Below are positions 36,811 through 50,690 of a stretch of 64,000 nt of DNA, piece after piece. Under the pieces are notes generated by a model. It did no database searches and was not told where the DNA came from. It saw only the letters and a program-made list of their open reading frames with translations. This stretch comes from Carcharhinus amblyrhynchos. Taxonomy: Eukaryota. Within the stretch, counting starts at the first letter, position 1. Each line of letters begins with the position of its first letter. Both the position numbers and the translations under genes were made by a program. The stretch covers positions 76,198,001-76,262,000 of the forward strand of contig OZ336881.1 of assembly GCA_965287045.1 (NCBI GenBank), written 5' to 3'.

Positions 36811-39800
36811 TATCACTTTTACACACCCATGGGCCAGTTCAAGTTGGAATACTGTTTTAGTTACCACATTAAAGGAAGGATCAAGGGAAATAGTGCAGTG
36901 GGAGTTTACAACAGGGATTACGGATCACATTATCAAAATAGACTTCAGAAGTCGGAGCTTTCCATTTTCATTAACAGAAGAGTTAAGGGAATGACCTAGT
37001 AGACTATTTCCAAGATTGTTAAATTTTGTAACATTAATAGTAATGCATTGTTATCACCAGCTGCGATAAGTTATGCTAATATTTATTCTCTATTGTAAAT
37101 GACATTATAGGCACTATCTACCTGACAGTAGATAAAGTTAATGAAGTATTCTTCAGCTGCCACTAGAGGCTCCTATACATATTATATCCAAGCTTGAAAG
37201 TGGCAGTGACATATCTACACATTCTGTCTTGAATCCTCCCATTTCTGATCTATATGCTGCCTCTCAGCAACAAAGACATGTCAGATCCCGTATCTACGCT
37301 GACGCTACCCAGCCCTAGTTTACTATCACTTCTCTCAACCACATAGCATCCTGCACCACAACGTAATGGATATATTACAGAGCAAAAACTGCTCTGATGC
37401 ATCAATTAAATCATTTGAACACAGTTGGACAAATTGCTGTACTGAAGATTACTGGATTAATATAAACCAAAAGTATTAAAATGTCAACCAAAATAACGAA
37501 TATAGGAATACTTAACCCATTTTATGTAACAATTAGTCTTTTGCACATATATACTCAGAAATACATCCAGGTATTCTAAATAAAAGGGTCTAAGACAAAT
37601 TTATTCAACTGTAGTTTTCAATTAACATCTTTTGCAGAAAGTCTTGAAAACAATCTTTAGAGATCTCATGGTGAATACTTTAGAGATATCACAGCCAATT
37701 AGCAAGGATTCAGGAACTGAAGACCAATATTGACATCTAATGAATGAGGAATTCAAATGATAGATCCCTGGTTTAGAAAATATTCCAAATCTATTCTTAA
37801 CTATTAAGGTAAACACTCAAAATGGGAGGCAATGTATATTTTGGAACAATTGAATTTTGAGATAACTTACAAGGTTAACTCAAGTCATGATCTTTGCACG
37901 TTTTTCTGCTTCTAATATATACCAGTCAATTTCCTATGATATTGTCAAATTCAAAGGTGGTCTTCAAGGGAAGGATGACCAGGGAACATGGATGTAATTT
38001 AATTTCAATTTACAAGTCATAACCCATATTTTTATTCTCATGATTTAAAATAGTAACACTAAAAATAAAGTTATGGCAACTGCATCATGAAGAGTTGAGT
38101 TTGCATAGGTCATTCTGTTACAAATGTGGAAAATGATGCAGATATAATTGATATCTTTCTCTACATAAACACACACACGTCAATTTTTTGTAGCATTGCA
38201 ACAATGTTGCACATAGTTCAAATGAGGCAGTCAGAAAGTTAGAGAGATAACACAGTGCCAATTTTAAAGCCACACATTTCATCCCTATTTTGATGTACTT
38301 TTATTTGATAAATAATTAAGGAAAAGAAGAACTTGCATTTATATGTCATATTTCACAACCTCAGCAAATCCCAAAATGCATTATAGTCAACGTACTCAAA
38401 TGTAATCACTCTTGTAATGTAGGAGACAATTTACAGCCCTTCAAGAAACAGAGCATAACATTGGTTGGAGTGTAGACATTTTGCTACAATAGCGGCTGAG
38501 GAGCCAACAGACAAAACTGAACAGCTTCAGTGTCATTGGCAGGTGGGTGTGTTCACAGCATAAGATTACATGAGCAATTTCTATTATAAACATTAACATA
38601 GATATTTAGATGGGCAAATTAACATAGGAAGTTCTTGCAGATGTGAGATTTTTATGACTATTGATAAAATTACCACATATAAATAGCAACTCTGAACCTG
38701 ATACTCAAGGCAGGACAAAAAATAAAACAATCAAATTCAAAAGGAATAGTCCCTTTCTACACTTGATTCCTTACCTGAGCTGGAGTTGTGCCTACTATGA
38801 CTCATTTGTGCCTGGAAAAATGTAGTTTGGATATCCTCTGGTAAAGATGAACCTAATTTTGGTGAGTGTGCAAAAGAGTTTATACTTGCAAGAATTATGT
38901 GGCACAGAAAATGAACAAGTACAGGGGGAAATTCAGCCTTAAAAAGTATCCCTGGCCCTCTGAATTTTGAAACTAATTGTGCCAGCATCAAAATAGCAGA
39001 AAATAAAATGCTGACGATGAGGTTAGCATTAGTCAGTCAGTACCAAGGTATAGCAAATATTGACATTAATGTGTTAATTATAAAAAAACTAAACTCATAT
39101 TTGAAGTGAAAAGCTTTGAAAAAATTACACAAAGTGCTAAACTACAGCAAAATAAATGATAAATGTCAGAATTAAACTCCTGTTTTGTATGGGCACTTGA
39201 TCATTATGGCCAATGACTGGAGAGGAAATACAGATGCAGTTTAAAACAGCCCTTCATACAACAGAGATGGGGGGAGGGGCAGAAAGAACACTGTCAACAC
39301 TTACACAAAGCTCTGAGGGGACAGTTTGAGAATGAACATTCCCTTCACCTGTGGAGTAATTGGTGTGTGTAAAAACACTAAAGAATGAATTAGAGAGCGT
39401 CCATAGCACATTTTATGGTTGAAACAGTGGTATTGGGAGGGCGGAGGGGGAATGAAAATATACTCAATTATGAAGAGCTTCCATTTAACAAAGTATCAAA
39501 TATATCATGATAGATGGTTTTGTGAATTTGGCACCAACCACACTTAGCCATATTGAACAAAGAGCACCAAGTATAATTCCTCATTTATGCTGAGTTGGGC
39601 CTGAACAGCTAGGATGCCAAATTCAGCTTCAGTACCATTAGCTAGGGATGAAAGAAAAAAGTAGAGTATTACCACTTCTAGCCATAGATTTGGATGAACT
39701 CAGGTCTTAGGTTCTCAATGGTTTTAATTACATCAAAACTCGTATAAGTTCACATCCCAATAAAAGCTTGCTGGCACTCTCAGTAGGGTGAGAGTCGAGA

Positions 39801-40619
39801 AAGGGGACTTTGAGTTGGGAGAAGGGGAAATTGTAGAAAATAATATGCAAAACTTAATACCCATTCATCAGAAACAGAATCAGTATTTGCAAGATTAGCA
39901 ATCTATAATGTGTGACAAAATACATAATTATTAGTATTGATCTTAGCACAATTCAAATTTAAGATCTAAAGAAACAGAGAGAACTTCATTAAGTTAAACA
40001 GGCCTCTACATGGTAAAAATAAAATCTACAGGTCTACATAGCCAGTAAAACAAAGTAATTGAACATTTATAGAAAATAATCTTATGCTTTATGTATGACT
40101 GGAATATACAAACAGATATCACCCCAACCTCACTCAGCTATTTACAAAGACACTGCAGCGCTAACATGGCAATGACATTCGCCGAACAGTATTTTAATTC
40201 CCCTGCAGTAATTACATGGTTTATGACCTGATATACTATTGCATCAACCTACATCATTACAACAATAAAATGTTTGATTTAGAGATTTGATTACGTAAAG
40301 ACTACAATATAGCTGAATAAAGAGAATAGCAGCTTTTTTTCTCTTGACAAACTGCTAAAACAATGAAAAAATGCAAAATCTAATTTGCAATTTAAAATAA
40401 TAAATCTTAAAAAACTTGTATTCAATTGAATTTGGAATCAAAATAAAATTTTGTTAGCAGCCCTAGAAATATGTTACAGTATTTTATCGATCAATGTTCA
40501 ATATGCTATTTTAAAAAGATTTTCCCAACTGGTCCAAGGCAAATTTCATATACTACTGCCAAACAGACATACACAAGGTAAACAACCAAATTAGTAAGTA
40601 GTAAGACTACACAACCCAG

Positions 40620-42473
40620 TAGCGGATTGATGTAGTGCTTTATTTAAGCAGTCTGTAAGAAGGAAAATAATGTGCATCCCTATCATATACATTTATGTGT
40701 AAAAATACTAAGGATGTACAGTGTACAAAAACATTTTGTTGCAGTTTTTCACATCCTTGTGGGTCTTATACTTAAGGAAATAAACAGTTAAATTTTACCA
40801 ACAGTAATACAGTTCACTAAGGTTCTTAGTCCCTTCTGCTTACAATCCTTAACCATATGACTAGATCTTTATGCATTTAATGACAGAACTAGCAAAGGTC
40901 AAGAACTTTCACAAATCCTAGGCTACACAGAGGCAAAATTAATGACCAATTTAAGAATTTAAAATAAATACTTTACATCTTTTTCATGCTCATCTGTAAT
41001 ACACTACTAGTAGCAGATACAGGAAGTTCTATTTTTAGACAGTACAAATAGTAGCAGCAAAGTGTGTACATTGAGGTGTAATATATAGACCCTGCAGTTA
41101 GTAGAGGACCCCACCTTGTCACCTTGCCAGTATACTGTAGTAGCAATGCATTGCCTCAACAAGGAGTGGTAAACCTTGTGAAGCTGCAAATAAGGTGAAT
41201 ACATGTGTTATAGTCATAAAAGCATTTAGATTCAAAATGCCACAGGAATGTGACAACAAATGGATTAGTGTTAAAGCAAAGCTATGGAATCTTGACAATC
41301 AAATAGGAATGGCCTGTTGCCCAAAGATGGCTGCAGTACACGAGGGCATACTCAGTCAGGAAAGGTAATTTCAGACTTAATCCTTAAAGATCTAGACTTT
41401 GCACAGTAAATATATGAAAGCCAGTAAGCTAAGCAAAGTACAAAACCTTATGGATTGACAGTTTGAAAAACCTTGTACAAAAAAAAACTAGCACTGTAAA
41501 GTTGGTCAGCCACCATCTATAAGCTTCCAGTAATAACTGTTCACTGATGGTGTAACTTATCTGACACAAACAAACGATCATTACAACTAAAAATAAATAC
41601 TACATTTAACATGTGTACATTCAAAATCAACATCAGAAAAAAATAGCTAGTCCACAAGTTTACAGGCAAACATTACTGTTTACCAACCAAGGCTAGGTGG
41701 CATGAATACTATACTCACATAAATTTGGTGATAATCATAAATCTGAACATTATGCCTGTCTATATTCTTCAGCCATCATAAAACAAATACAGGCAGAGGT
41801 GTGGAGTATCAAAAGTTGTGAAAAAATCTGCGATTGCACTTGATAAGTCTATAACAAGTTTTCTGGGCTGACTAAACTTGAGCCTTCAGGTACATGGGTT
41901 GGTACTAACTTTAACATTGACAGGGATTGAGTCCTGGCAACTATCACAAATACCCATTTTCAGCCAGCTATTAACGACACCAGCTCATTTCTTCAGTGAT
42001 ATGTCTAACAAAAACCTTGCATACTTGCCATACATCACAAACAAATGCTTGCTATGAATAGCAGAAATTAATATAACAAAAGGTACACAAGTTGCATCAG
42101 GTGCTTAAATTTCATTTTTTATCATTATTGTGAAATTTTGTCAAATGCCTTCTTCAGCCTCTATTAAAATTCTGTTCCATTTACAGGCTGAAATGCATAA
42201 GTGCTGCATCATGTACAATACATCCTATTAGGACTTCATATGTTTAAAAATACTCTTTGCAGGACATTATGTCAAAATAGTAGGAGGTAACAGCTTGAAT
42301 CTTCAGACTGACATTTAGATTCATGCAAAAAACATTCAACTTGAAATGATTCCTGAAGATGCCCTGCCTCTGAAATCAAGTATAGCTCAAACTCTTATAT
42401 TGTTCAGGAATGATTTCCAGTGATACACCATGACGACAGCTGAGCAGCAAAAAAACAGAAAAGACTTGACGTC
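40620..42473 (-). other. AKT3: AKT3 3' UTR (proximal isoform, about 1.85 kb; may extend several kb further)
   Basis: Follows the stop codon, AU-rich, no recognisable transposons; AATAAA at 40639-40644 (minus) followed by a GU-rich stretch. Confidence 0.65.
40639..40644 (-). promoter_or_regulatory. candidate AKT3 polyadenylation signal
   Basis: tttatt on + = AATAAA on -, with GU-rich downstream sequence on minus (gggttgtgtagt...ttggttgttt...tgtgtatgtctgttt). Confidence 0.55.
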
Positions 42474-42559
42474 CTATTCTCTTCCACTCGCAGAGTATGA
42501 GAACTGGGGGAAATGAGGCCGTCTTTCATTGTCCATGCAATCCATACCATCCTCATCAT
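42474..42559 (-). CDS. AKT3: AKT3 last coding exon with hydrophobic motif
   Basis: ctttgtttcatcatag|AT GAT GAG GAT GGT ATG... completes (Y)[30 protein letters not shown] at 42474-42476; this C-terminus is AKT3-type rather than AKT1/AKT2. Confidence 0.98.
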
Positions 42560-44789
42560 CTATGATGAAACAAAGATTGTTATATTTCAGACAATTATTT
42601 CACAATAGATCTTATCTTAGCAAAGTTATCTTTAGAAGTTGCAGTTTTTTAAAGCATTTCTTGAAACTGAATTGTTTAGGGTTCTGCTCCCTTTATGATT
42701 TTATATCCCACAGGCCATGTTAAAAAGTATTCCAGTAAGCTGCACCAATTAACCAATACAACTGCCAGTTTTAGTTATATATTAAAACAATTCAATAACA
42801 ATTAGGAATAGAAAATACTTATTGAACCATAATGAGAATCCTTAAGAACCTGCATGTTTACATGAATAGAAAATGTTCATTACATCCAATTTCCCAGGCA
42901 CAATATAGCACAACATTTGGTTATTACAGCTAATAGGCTAACACATAATTATATGCACAGAGTCAGATTTTCAAGCTTTTAATGACAGTAACAGAGGTAA
43001 AGATATAATAAGAGATAAAAGGACTAATGAATATATCCATTTTTATTTGTGCCACTGCAACCATCAACAGTGTCTGAAATTTAGCATTTGTTTTACAATC
43101 ACAATGAACAAACATGCACACTTTGGTACAAATTGGGGATTTACATTAACACTAAAAATAAATTACTCTGTGATAACTATGTAGCTGTTTCTAACTTAAC
43201 AGCACGTTTGATGCATTTTTGAAGGAAAGGTTTGATGTAGTAAGTTTTGACAATTCTTCAAAAGGAAGCCAAGACAATGGTGATGAGGATAAAAATAACA
43301 GGTGCCCTTCCTTTGACTCCTTGAGTTACACATACAAAACTGCTTCTGTATTCAATCTTTGCTCTCAATTGTTTGAATTTTAGCAGTGAAGTGCCACTCT
43401 TAGAAGATTGTTGCACGTGGTTCAGGGTGCTATTCAGCTTCTCTCCGAAAAGGAAGGAAGTGATTCTGGAAATAAATGTTGCTACAGTATTTGAAGATAA
43501 GTTTGCTAACATGTATGTAATGCCAAATTTTTTTTTAAAATCAGAACAGTTTTTACCTTTTCCTAAAATTCTAAGTCACAGAAGCAGATGGACAAATATA
43601 TTTGTCTACCACTTTAAGTTTGAGCTTGAATTGACATGTCGCAAAGAACTGATACAAAAAACATGACTGAAATAGACGGTAGTAATATTGGAATTAATAT
43701 ACTTGATCATCTTATTCCTTCAGTGTGTTGATTCTAATGTTAACTGTTGTTTCATCATCACTGCAGTTACACTTTCATTCAACTGCTGCTTGATGGATAC
43801 TTTCATTACACTGGGTCAGCAGCAGATACAATTCTTCGAGGTTAATTACCACGTTGAAATGAAATCCTGCATCAATGAGGCAACTTCTTTTCCCATTAGT
43901 TGCTGTAGGGCATGGAATTTTCAGGCAAGTTTTGTGGCAAACAAAACAAATCTCTTTTACACTACTACGAAATAAACTGGTACATGTTGCCAGCCAAAAT
44001 CAGAAATATGGAACTGAGCCACCGAGGTATGTGTACTATTAGTGCAAGGGCAATGATTTGTCTTAACAGTGAAAAATACGCAAAATGAAGTTTTGTTATC
44101 CGTTGATTAACTAGTTGAAAGTCATAGCCCATGTCCTTGATGTTAAGGTAACAGAAATAAGTTTAAAATCTGAAACAACCCATTAGTTTCCACCAGAATG
44201 AATGGATCAATATAAATCAATTAATTTTAGTTCAACAAATCATACTTTAAATATTGTCCTTTAAGCCATGAACACCAAATCTGCAATTATTTGGGAATCT
44301 ACTAGGCTGACCCCTTCCTGATAATTCTATTTTTACTAATCAGTGGAGCGGTATTTCATTTCCCTCAGGTGTACACAGAGATTAATCCTTTATTTCCTTA
44401 TATAATAAGCTTAAGGTTTTTTTCCTGGAATTGTCCAAATATGCAATCAAAAATCCATATGAATGTTGTTACATGCCTGAGTTTAGTGTTCTCTACACCT
44501 GGCAGGGCATCTCAAATCTGCTGTTTACTTAGTGATTCATTCTTGAATCTGCTCAGAATAACTGACTACTTACTGCTTTAAGAAATTTTGGGCATTTATT
44601 TCACATAGTAATGGTAGTACAAATGCATAACACCAACTTAAAGATCTTAAACTGTGCATTTTGCTGCTATATTGAGATGGAACATTGCGTTTTGCATTAT
44701 CTTTTATTATTTTACTTTATGAATTTTCACACACCTTCCTTTCTGGATTGGGGAGGAAAAAGTTAACCAGCTCCAAAAAATCTTTTTTT

Positions 44790-46150
44790 AAATTTATTCT
44801 TTTACACTGGCTAGGAGGCATTTATTGCCCATCCTTAATTGCCCTTTATCACCTTCTTACATCATGGCACAGTCCGCATACTGTAGGTACACCCACAGTG
44901 CAATTAGGAAGGGAGTTCCAGGATTTTGATCCAATGACAGTGAAGGAATGGCGATATAGTTCCAAGCCAGGGCATGGCATGTAATTTGGAAGGAAACTTG
45001 CATGCAGTGTACAAATGCATAGTCTGCTCCTGACATTCAATACAGTAAAGGTTGCCAGTTTAGAAGGGACTGTTGAAGGAACCTTGGCGTATCGCTGCAG
45101 TGCACCTTGTAAATTATACACATTGTTGCCATAAAGCATCAATGATAGAGAGTGAATGTTGAAGATGGTCGTTGCTGTGCCTGTCATGCAGGGCTGTTTT
45201 GTCCTTGATGGTGTTGAGCCTCACAGCACTAGGGACCTGGGTTCGATTCCCAGCTTGTCTGTGTAGAGTTTGCATGTTTTCCCCATGTCTGCATGGGTTT
45301 CGTCCAGGTGCTCCGGTTTCCTCCCACAGTCTGAAAGACATGCTGGTTAGGTGCACTGATCTGAACAGGTGCCAGAGTGTGGCACCTAAGGGAATTTCAC
45401 AGTGTCAATGTGAAGCTTACTTGTGACTAATAAATAAATTTTACTTTTGAGTGCTGTTGAAGTTGCACACATAAAGGCAAGTGGAGAGTATTGCATCACA
45501 TTCCTGACTTGTACCGTTAGATGGTGAACAGGCTTTGGAGAGTCCGGAGGTGAGTTACTCTCTGCAGAACCCCTAGCTATTGACGTGCTCTTGAAGCACG
45601 AGTATTCATCTTCCCAGTCCAGGTTTCAGTCAATGATAACCACCAGGATGTTGATAGCAGGGGATTCAGCAATGGTAATGCCATTGAATGGCAAAGGGAG
45701 ATAGTTATATTCTTTCTTGGAGATGGTCATCGTCTGGCATTTGTGTAGTGCAAATGTTACTTGCCACTTATCAGTCCAAGCCTGAATGTTATCCGGTGTT
45801 GCTGCATATGGGAACAAACGTTTCATAATCTGAGGCGGCGTGAATGATACTAACACTGTGGGTTCATGAACATCCCACTAATGCCTTCATGATGGAGGCC
45901 CTAGGACATTACCCCTGAGGAACTCCTGCAGCAATACCCTGAACTGACATGATTGATCTCCAACAGCCTCAACAATCTTGCTTTGTACTAGATATAGCTC
46001 CAACCAGTGGAGAATTTTATCCCCGATTCCACTCCAATTTTGCTTGGGCTCCTTGATTCCACACTCAATCAAATGCTACTTTCATATAAGGGCAGTCAGT
46101 CTCACCTCGCACGAATTCAACTCTGTTGTCCATGTCTGAACCATGGCTGT
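44790..46150 (-). mobile_element. L2/CR1-group LINE fragment (same family as 33430-34090)
   Basis: Minus ORFs DNIQAWTDKWQVTFALHKCQTMTISKK, LHWLELYLVQSKIV..GDQS, SFTVIGSKSWNSLPN; tail at 44810-44845. Confidence 0.78.
45220..45445 (+). mobile_element. V-domain SINE inserted in an L2-type LINE
   Basis: B-box-like gggttcgattccc, V-domain ggtgctccggtttcctcccacagtc, tail cttacttgtgactaataaataaa. Confidence 0.75.
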
Positions 46151-46154
46151 GCAT

Positions 46155-47980
46155 ATGGACATACAAACTAGAAGTAGGCCACGTGACCTTTCAAACCTGC
46201 TTAGCCATTCAATAACATGGTTGATCGGATTGCACCAACTCCACATTCCTGCCTAACCTTGATAACCTTTCATCCCCATACTTATCAAGAAGCTACTGAG
46301 TTCAGCCTTAAAAATATTAAAAGACTCTGCTTCCTGCACTTTTGAGGAAGGGAATTCCAAAGACACTCAGTCCTCTGATGGAATTACATTTGCTTTTTTT
46401 TTCCAAATTTAATGGACCCTTTCCCAAAATCGAGAGAATTTTGGAAAAACCTGATTTACAGCTATTTCTGGGATGTTAGTTGTATCCTCAGTGAAGACTG
46501 ATGCAAAATCCCAGTTCAATTCATCTACCAACTCCTTATTTTCCATTATTAATTCCCCAGACTCAATTTTCCTGGGATCAATGCTGATTTAATTAACTTT
46601 AAATATCTACAGAAACTCTCAACACATTTAAATATTTTCAGTTAGCTTTCATTTGTACTCCAATTTTTATTTCCTTGTCAATCTTTTCTGTTTTTTATAC
46701 TCTGTCCAATCTCCTGACCTGCCACTATCTTTACGCAATTACATGCTTTTTGTGTGTTTGATACAGTCCTTAACATTTTTTTTTAAGTTAATCATAGAAG
46801 GTTGGTCCTGCCTTTAGAATTTTTCTCTTTGGAACATTTCTATTCTGTGTGTTCTTAAACGTCTATCACTGCTTCTCTTTTGACCTTTCTTTCCCTTAAC
46901 ATAACTTGTCAGTTCACTTTACCCAAATGTGCTTTCATGCCCTCTTAATTGCTCTTATTTAAGTTTAAAATACAAGCCTTTGGACCTACTGTTCTCTTCC
47001 TCAAACTGAATGTGAAATTTATTCATATTATGATCACAGCTACCCAGGGATGTTTCAATACGAGGTCATTAATCAACCCTATTTTGTTGCACACTACCAA
47101 GGTTAGTATAGCCTGTTCTCTGGTGGTGCCAGAGATGCCGTTCAAAAAACCATCCAAAAATATTCTATGAATTCCTCATCTAGGCTACTTTCGCCCATCT
47201 GATTTTCCCAATCTAAATGCAGATTTAAGTCCTCCCAGGTTATCACCAGACCTTTCTGACAAGGTCATATTATTTCTTCCTTTATACCCCACTCTACTAT
47301 ATGGTTACTGTTACAGGACTTGTACGTCACTGCCACAAGTGACTTCTTGCCTTTATTGCTTCTCATCACTTCCCAAAACATTTCCAACCCTGAATTCCTG
47401 AACTTGGGTCATTCCTCTCAAATATGCTAATACCATCATTAACTAACAGAATCGCACCTTTGTCACCTTTTCCTAGCTTCCTGTCCTTCCTAAACGTGAC
47501 GCATGCTTCAATATTCAGGTCCCAATCTATGTCATCCTGTAGCCGTGTCTCTGTAATGCCTATCTAATGATATTTATATTTGTGTTCTCAGTTCATCTAT
47601 TTTGTTTTGAATGCTGATACAGAGCTACAAAGCCTTTTGACCTTTTATTTTTATACTATCTAGCCTTATCTGCTGATTTACTCTTAGATTTGTACTCCCT
47701 GTCCTTTCCCGTCACGGTCTGTTTATCATTTTCCACATTAATATGTTTCTCTCTGTCTTGTTTTTAAGCTTACCACATTTCCCCAAATGTGATCCCTTGC
47801 CCCCCCACTGCAATTTAGTTTAAAACCCTCTCTATTTTCCTAGTTATGTTGCTCACTAGACCACTAGTCTCAGCACAGTTCAGGTGTATTCTGTCCCAGC
47901 TGTATAGCCTCCCCTTCCCTCAGTACTGGTGCCATTGCCCCACAACTAGAACCCTCTTCTCCCACACCAATTTTTGAGCC
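46155..47980 (-). mobile_element. decayed CR1 fragments (3' end plus upstream ORF1/ORF2 pieces)
   Basis: 3' end agtaggccacgtgacctttcaaacctgcttagccattcaataa; upstream pyrimidine-rich decayed coding sequence. Confidence 0.55.
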
Positions 47981-49877
47981 TGTAATGTTAGCTGAAATCT
48001 TTCACCATAATGTTTATTATCTTTATAGCAAGGGTTCAAATTCACACTTGTTGGTTCTTTAAAAACCAGCTGGTTTCAATTCTCCTTCACAGGTGGGAGC
48101 TCTAAGCCAAAGAAATGCTACAGATGTGTAGTCATAATTGTAATGCAAGAAACACAGCACAGCAAGGGCCACAAAACACTAACAAAGTATAGCAACCAGA
48201 TAATCTATTAGCTACTGCATCAGCACAGCAGTGCAGCTGAGTTCAGACGTTTTTGTATGTGATTCCTGGTACCTTGTGCCATGTCACTTACCACTACTCA
48301 TTCAAAATTATCCAGCCTTAGTAGAATGACATTAAAAGTTAAGTAGCTACATCATAAAAGTTAGATATAGCAAGAATATCAAAAGTTGATTCACTGTGGG
48401 ATATTCTGCATATTTCAAGTCATATTTAGCCTTTTATATTCTTTCACAAAATTTTAATGCTTAATATAATTAGTGATTGAGCAGTGATCAGATTAACATG
48501 GGTTCCATAGGATACCTTTACGCAACTTCACGATCAATTGAAAAATGCAGATGAGTTCACCCAGCCATAATTTAAGAAAGCTCAACTCAAAATGTAATTG
48601 TAATTCTATATAATTAACAATTTACAAACAAAATAAAATGCTTTGCTGCAAGAGCATTAATTAACTGGTACATTTTAGATAATTTACTTTGATACAAAGC
48701 TTGTGTAATAAATTGATTTCCCCAAACAAAAGCCAATATGTAACTACAAATATGGCAACTATGGTAAATTTAAAGCAAATTACACCTAGATTTTCAAATA
48801 TAATTTTTATTTAATCCAAATTTACCAACATGATGTTCTCTTACGTACAGATGCTGCAAACTCGCAGAATTTTATAGTCCTCCATTGATGAGTTTGTCAG
48901 CAGTGGGGCCTATAAAGTTCCTCACGTAGCCATCTTACCACCCACCCTTAATCTGCCTGCAATTTTACGTAGGGTTGGTGAGGCCTAGAACAGCCTGCCT
49001 GCGCTCATTCCATGCATGGCCCTTGAGTTGCCAACTAGCCACTAAACAGCTGCTTCCTGTATGGTTGCAATTTTGAATATGACAAGAAGAGTTCAGGGAT
49101 TGGAAAAGGCACAGCAGGACACCCTTCATCAGTTTCTGTCAAGGGACCCCCGTCCAAATTGTGCACCTTCCCAGATGCTCCTCGTCCCCCCATCCCCGGA
49201 TCTCTGGCAAAACCACCACACCTGGGGCCTGACCTCCCCATTGTGCCATAGGACACCCTCACACTTAATTGTTAGTGGACTACAGGACTTAGGATAGGGC
49301 ACCATTTGTAGTCCAAGTCCTGGCCACTGCTGAGGTTACAGAGCTGCCAGTCAATCTGATTAGCTAGTAGCTCTCTGAGGTGGGACTTCTGCCTGTGTTT
49401 TTTGAGGAGAAGTGGGGGAGGAGTCCTGTCTTCAGCCAAGTCACATTCCCCAAAGTATTAAATGGCTATATGATTGCTGCGTTCACCAGGGATGCTTTAC
49501 TTCTTTGGGTCGCAAGACAGGAAACACCACCATCTAAAAATTCCTACCCACAGAAATAAAATGTTTAGTTGTAAGTCTGGGTTACATGCTCCTGATCTTC
49601 CTGAAAGCTGGTCTAGAATATATCCATTTGCTATGCTCTTTTCACCACTATAGAGTGAAGCCAAAGATGGTAAATTGAATGCAGTATAAATATTACCTCA
49701 GTTTAGTAAATGGAGCTGGAAATGAAGTTCTAAAAGGCACAGTTTTCAGCAAGTTTAAGAGTTAATATCTTTGCAGAAAGGGCACATCCTTAGGCAGGGC
49801 CACATTTACAATCTAATGATGAGAGATGAAAAATACTGTTACACACAATGGTGAAAGAACTATTAATTGTTGCTTAC

Positions 49878-49980
49878 ATTTTTCAGGTGGAGTTATTGTA
49901 ATGGTCTGAGCTGTGAACTCTTCATCAAAATACCTCGTGTCTGTCTCAGATGAAACTTGAGGCTTGAAAGGAGGCAAAAG
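49878..49980 (-). CDS. AKT3: AKT3 penultimate coding exon (103 bp), includes turn motif
   Basis: ccattacag|[34 protein letters not shown]+T|gtaagc; 34 codons + 1 nt; AKT turn-motif ITPP. Confidence 0.97.
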
Positions 49981-50599
49981 CTGTAATGGCAGGAGCAAAT
50001 AAAAAAGTTACAAATGATTATGGAGAGGACCAAGCATTTCTCTACTACTCAAATGATCATGGTTACTCAAATTTAAAATATTATGAATTGTTAAGATTTC
50101 AGTTAAGATCAGTAATTTTGAAATAAATCCTAAACCTCAGTTATTGTCTGAAAGGATAAAGCCACAAGGTTCAACTGTTTAAAACAGGAAATTTTAATAT
50201 ACAAGAAGTTAAACAAAGTAAGCACTAAATACCACCTTAGGTAACATTCTACAGTTTAAAACCAAAAAGCAACATAAATATGAATTAACAGGCAAATTGC
50301 AGTCACGCAGAAACTGTAAACTACAAATTGAATGGCCAAAAATGACGGATCTTATGACTTGGTTCAACAGTCTGCTCAGCCATAAAGTCCTTCAAATTCA
50401 GTCTTCCTTAGAGAATTTCAGCTTCTCTGCGAGGAACTAGCCTGATTCCCAGCTGACTGGTTTGGTTGTGTTCTACAAAGGGCATGCTCTTCACCAAAAA
50501 TGCAGAACCTCCTCAACTTAGTCCAAACGGCATAGATCCAGATCCAATGTTATCTTCAAGTAACAGAAACACTTGCAACAATTCCATCTTTGTATATTT

Positions 50600-50690
50600 A
50601 CCCTAGCTAGTCCCCCTGACACTAAGGATCAATTTAGCATGGCCAATCTACCTAACCCACACATCTTTGGAGATGTGAGAGGAAACCACC
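50600..50690 (-). mobile_element. V-SINE fragment
   Basis: Reverse complement of the body of the 7550-7790 element (caatttagcatggccaatctacctaacccac). Confidence 0.6.

Noticed and set aside
49813-49877. AKT3 read-through tail [12 protein letters not shown].. resembling human CQQ.. isoform
   Set aside because: The C arises automatically from T plus the GT donor; a strong donor gtaagc is present, so resemblance is probably chance.
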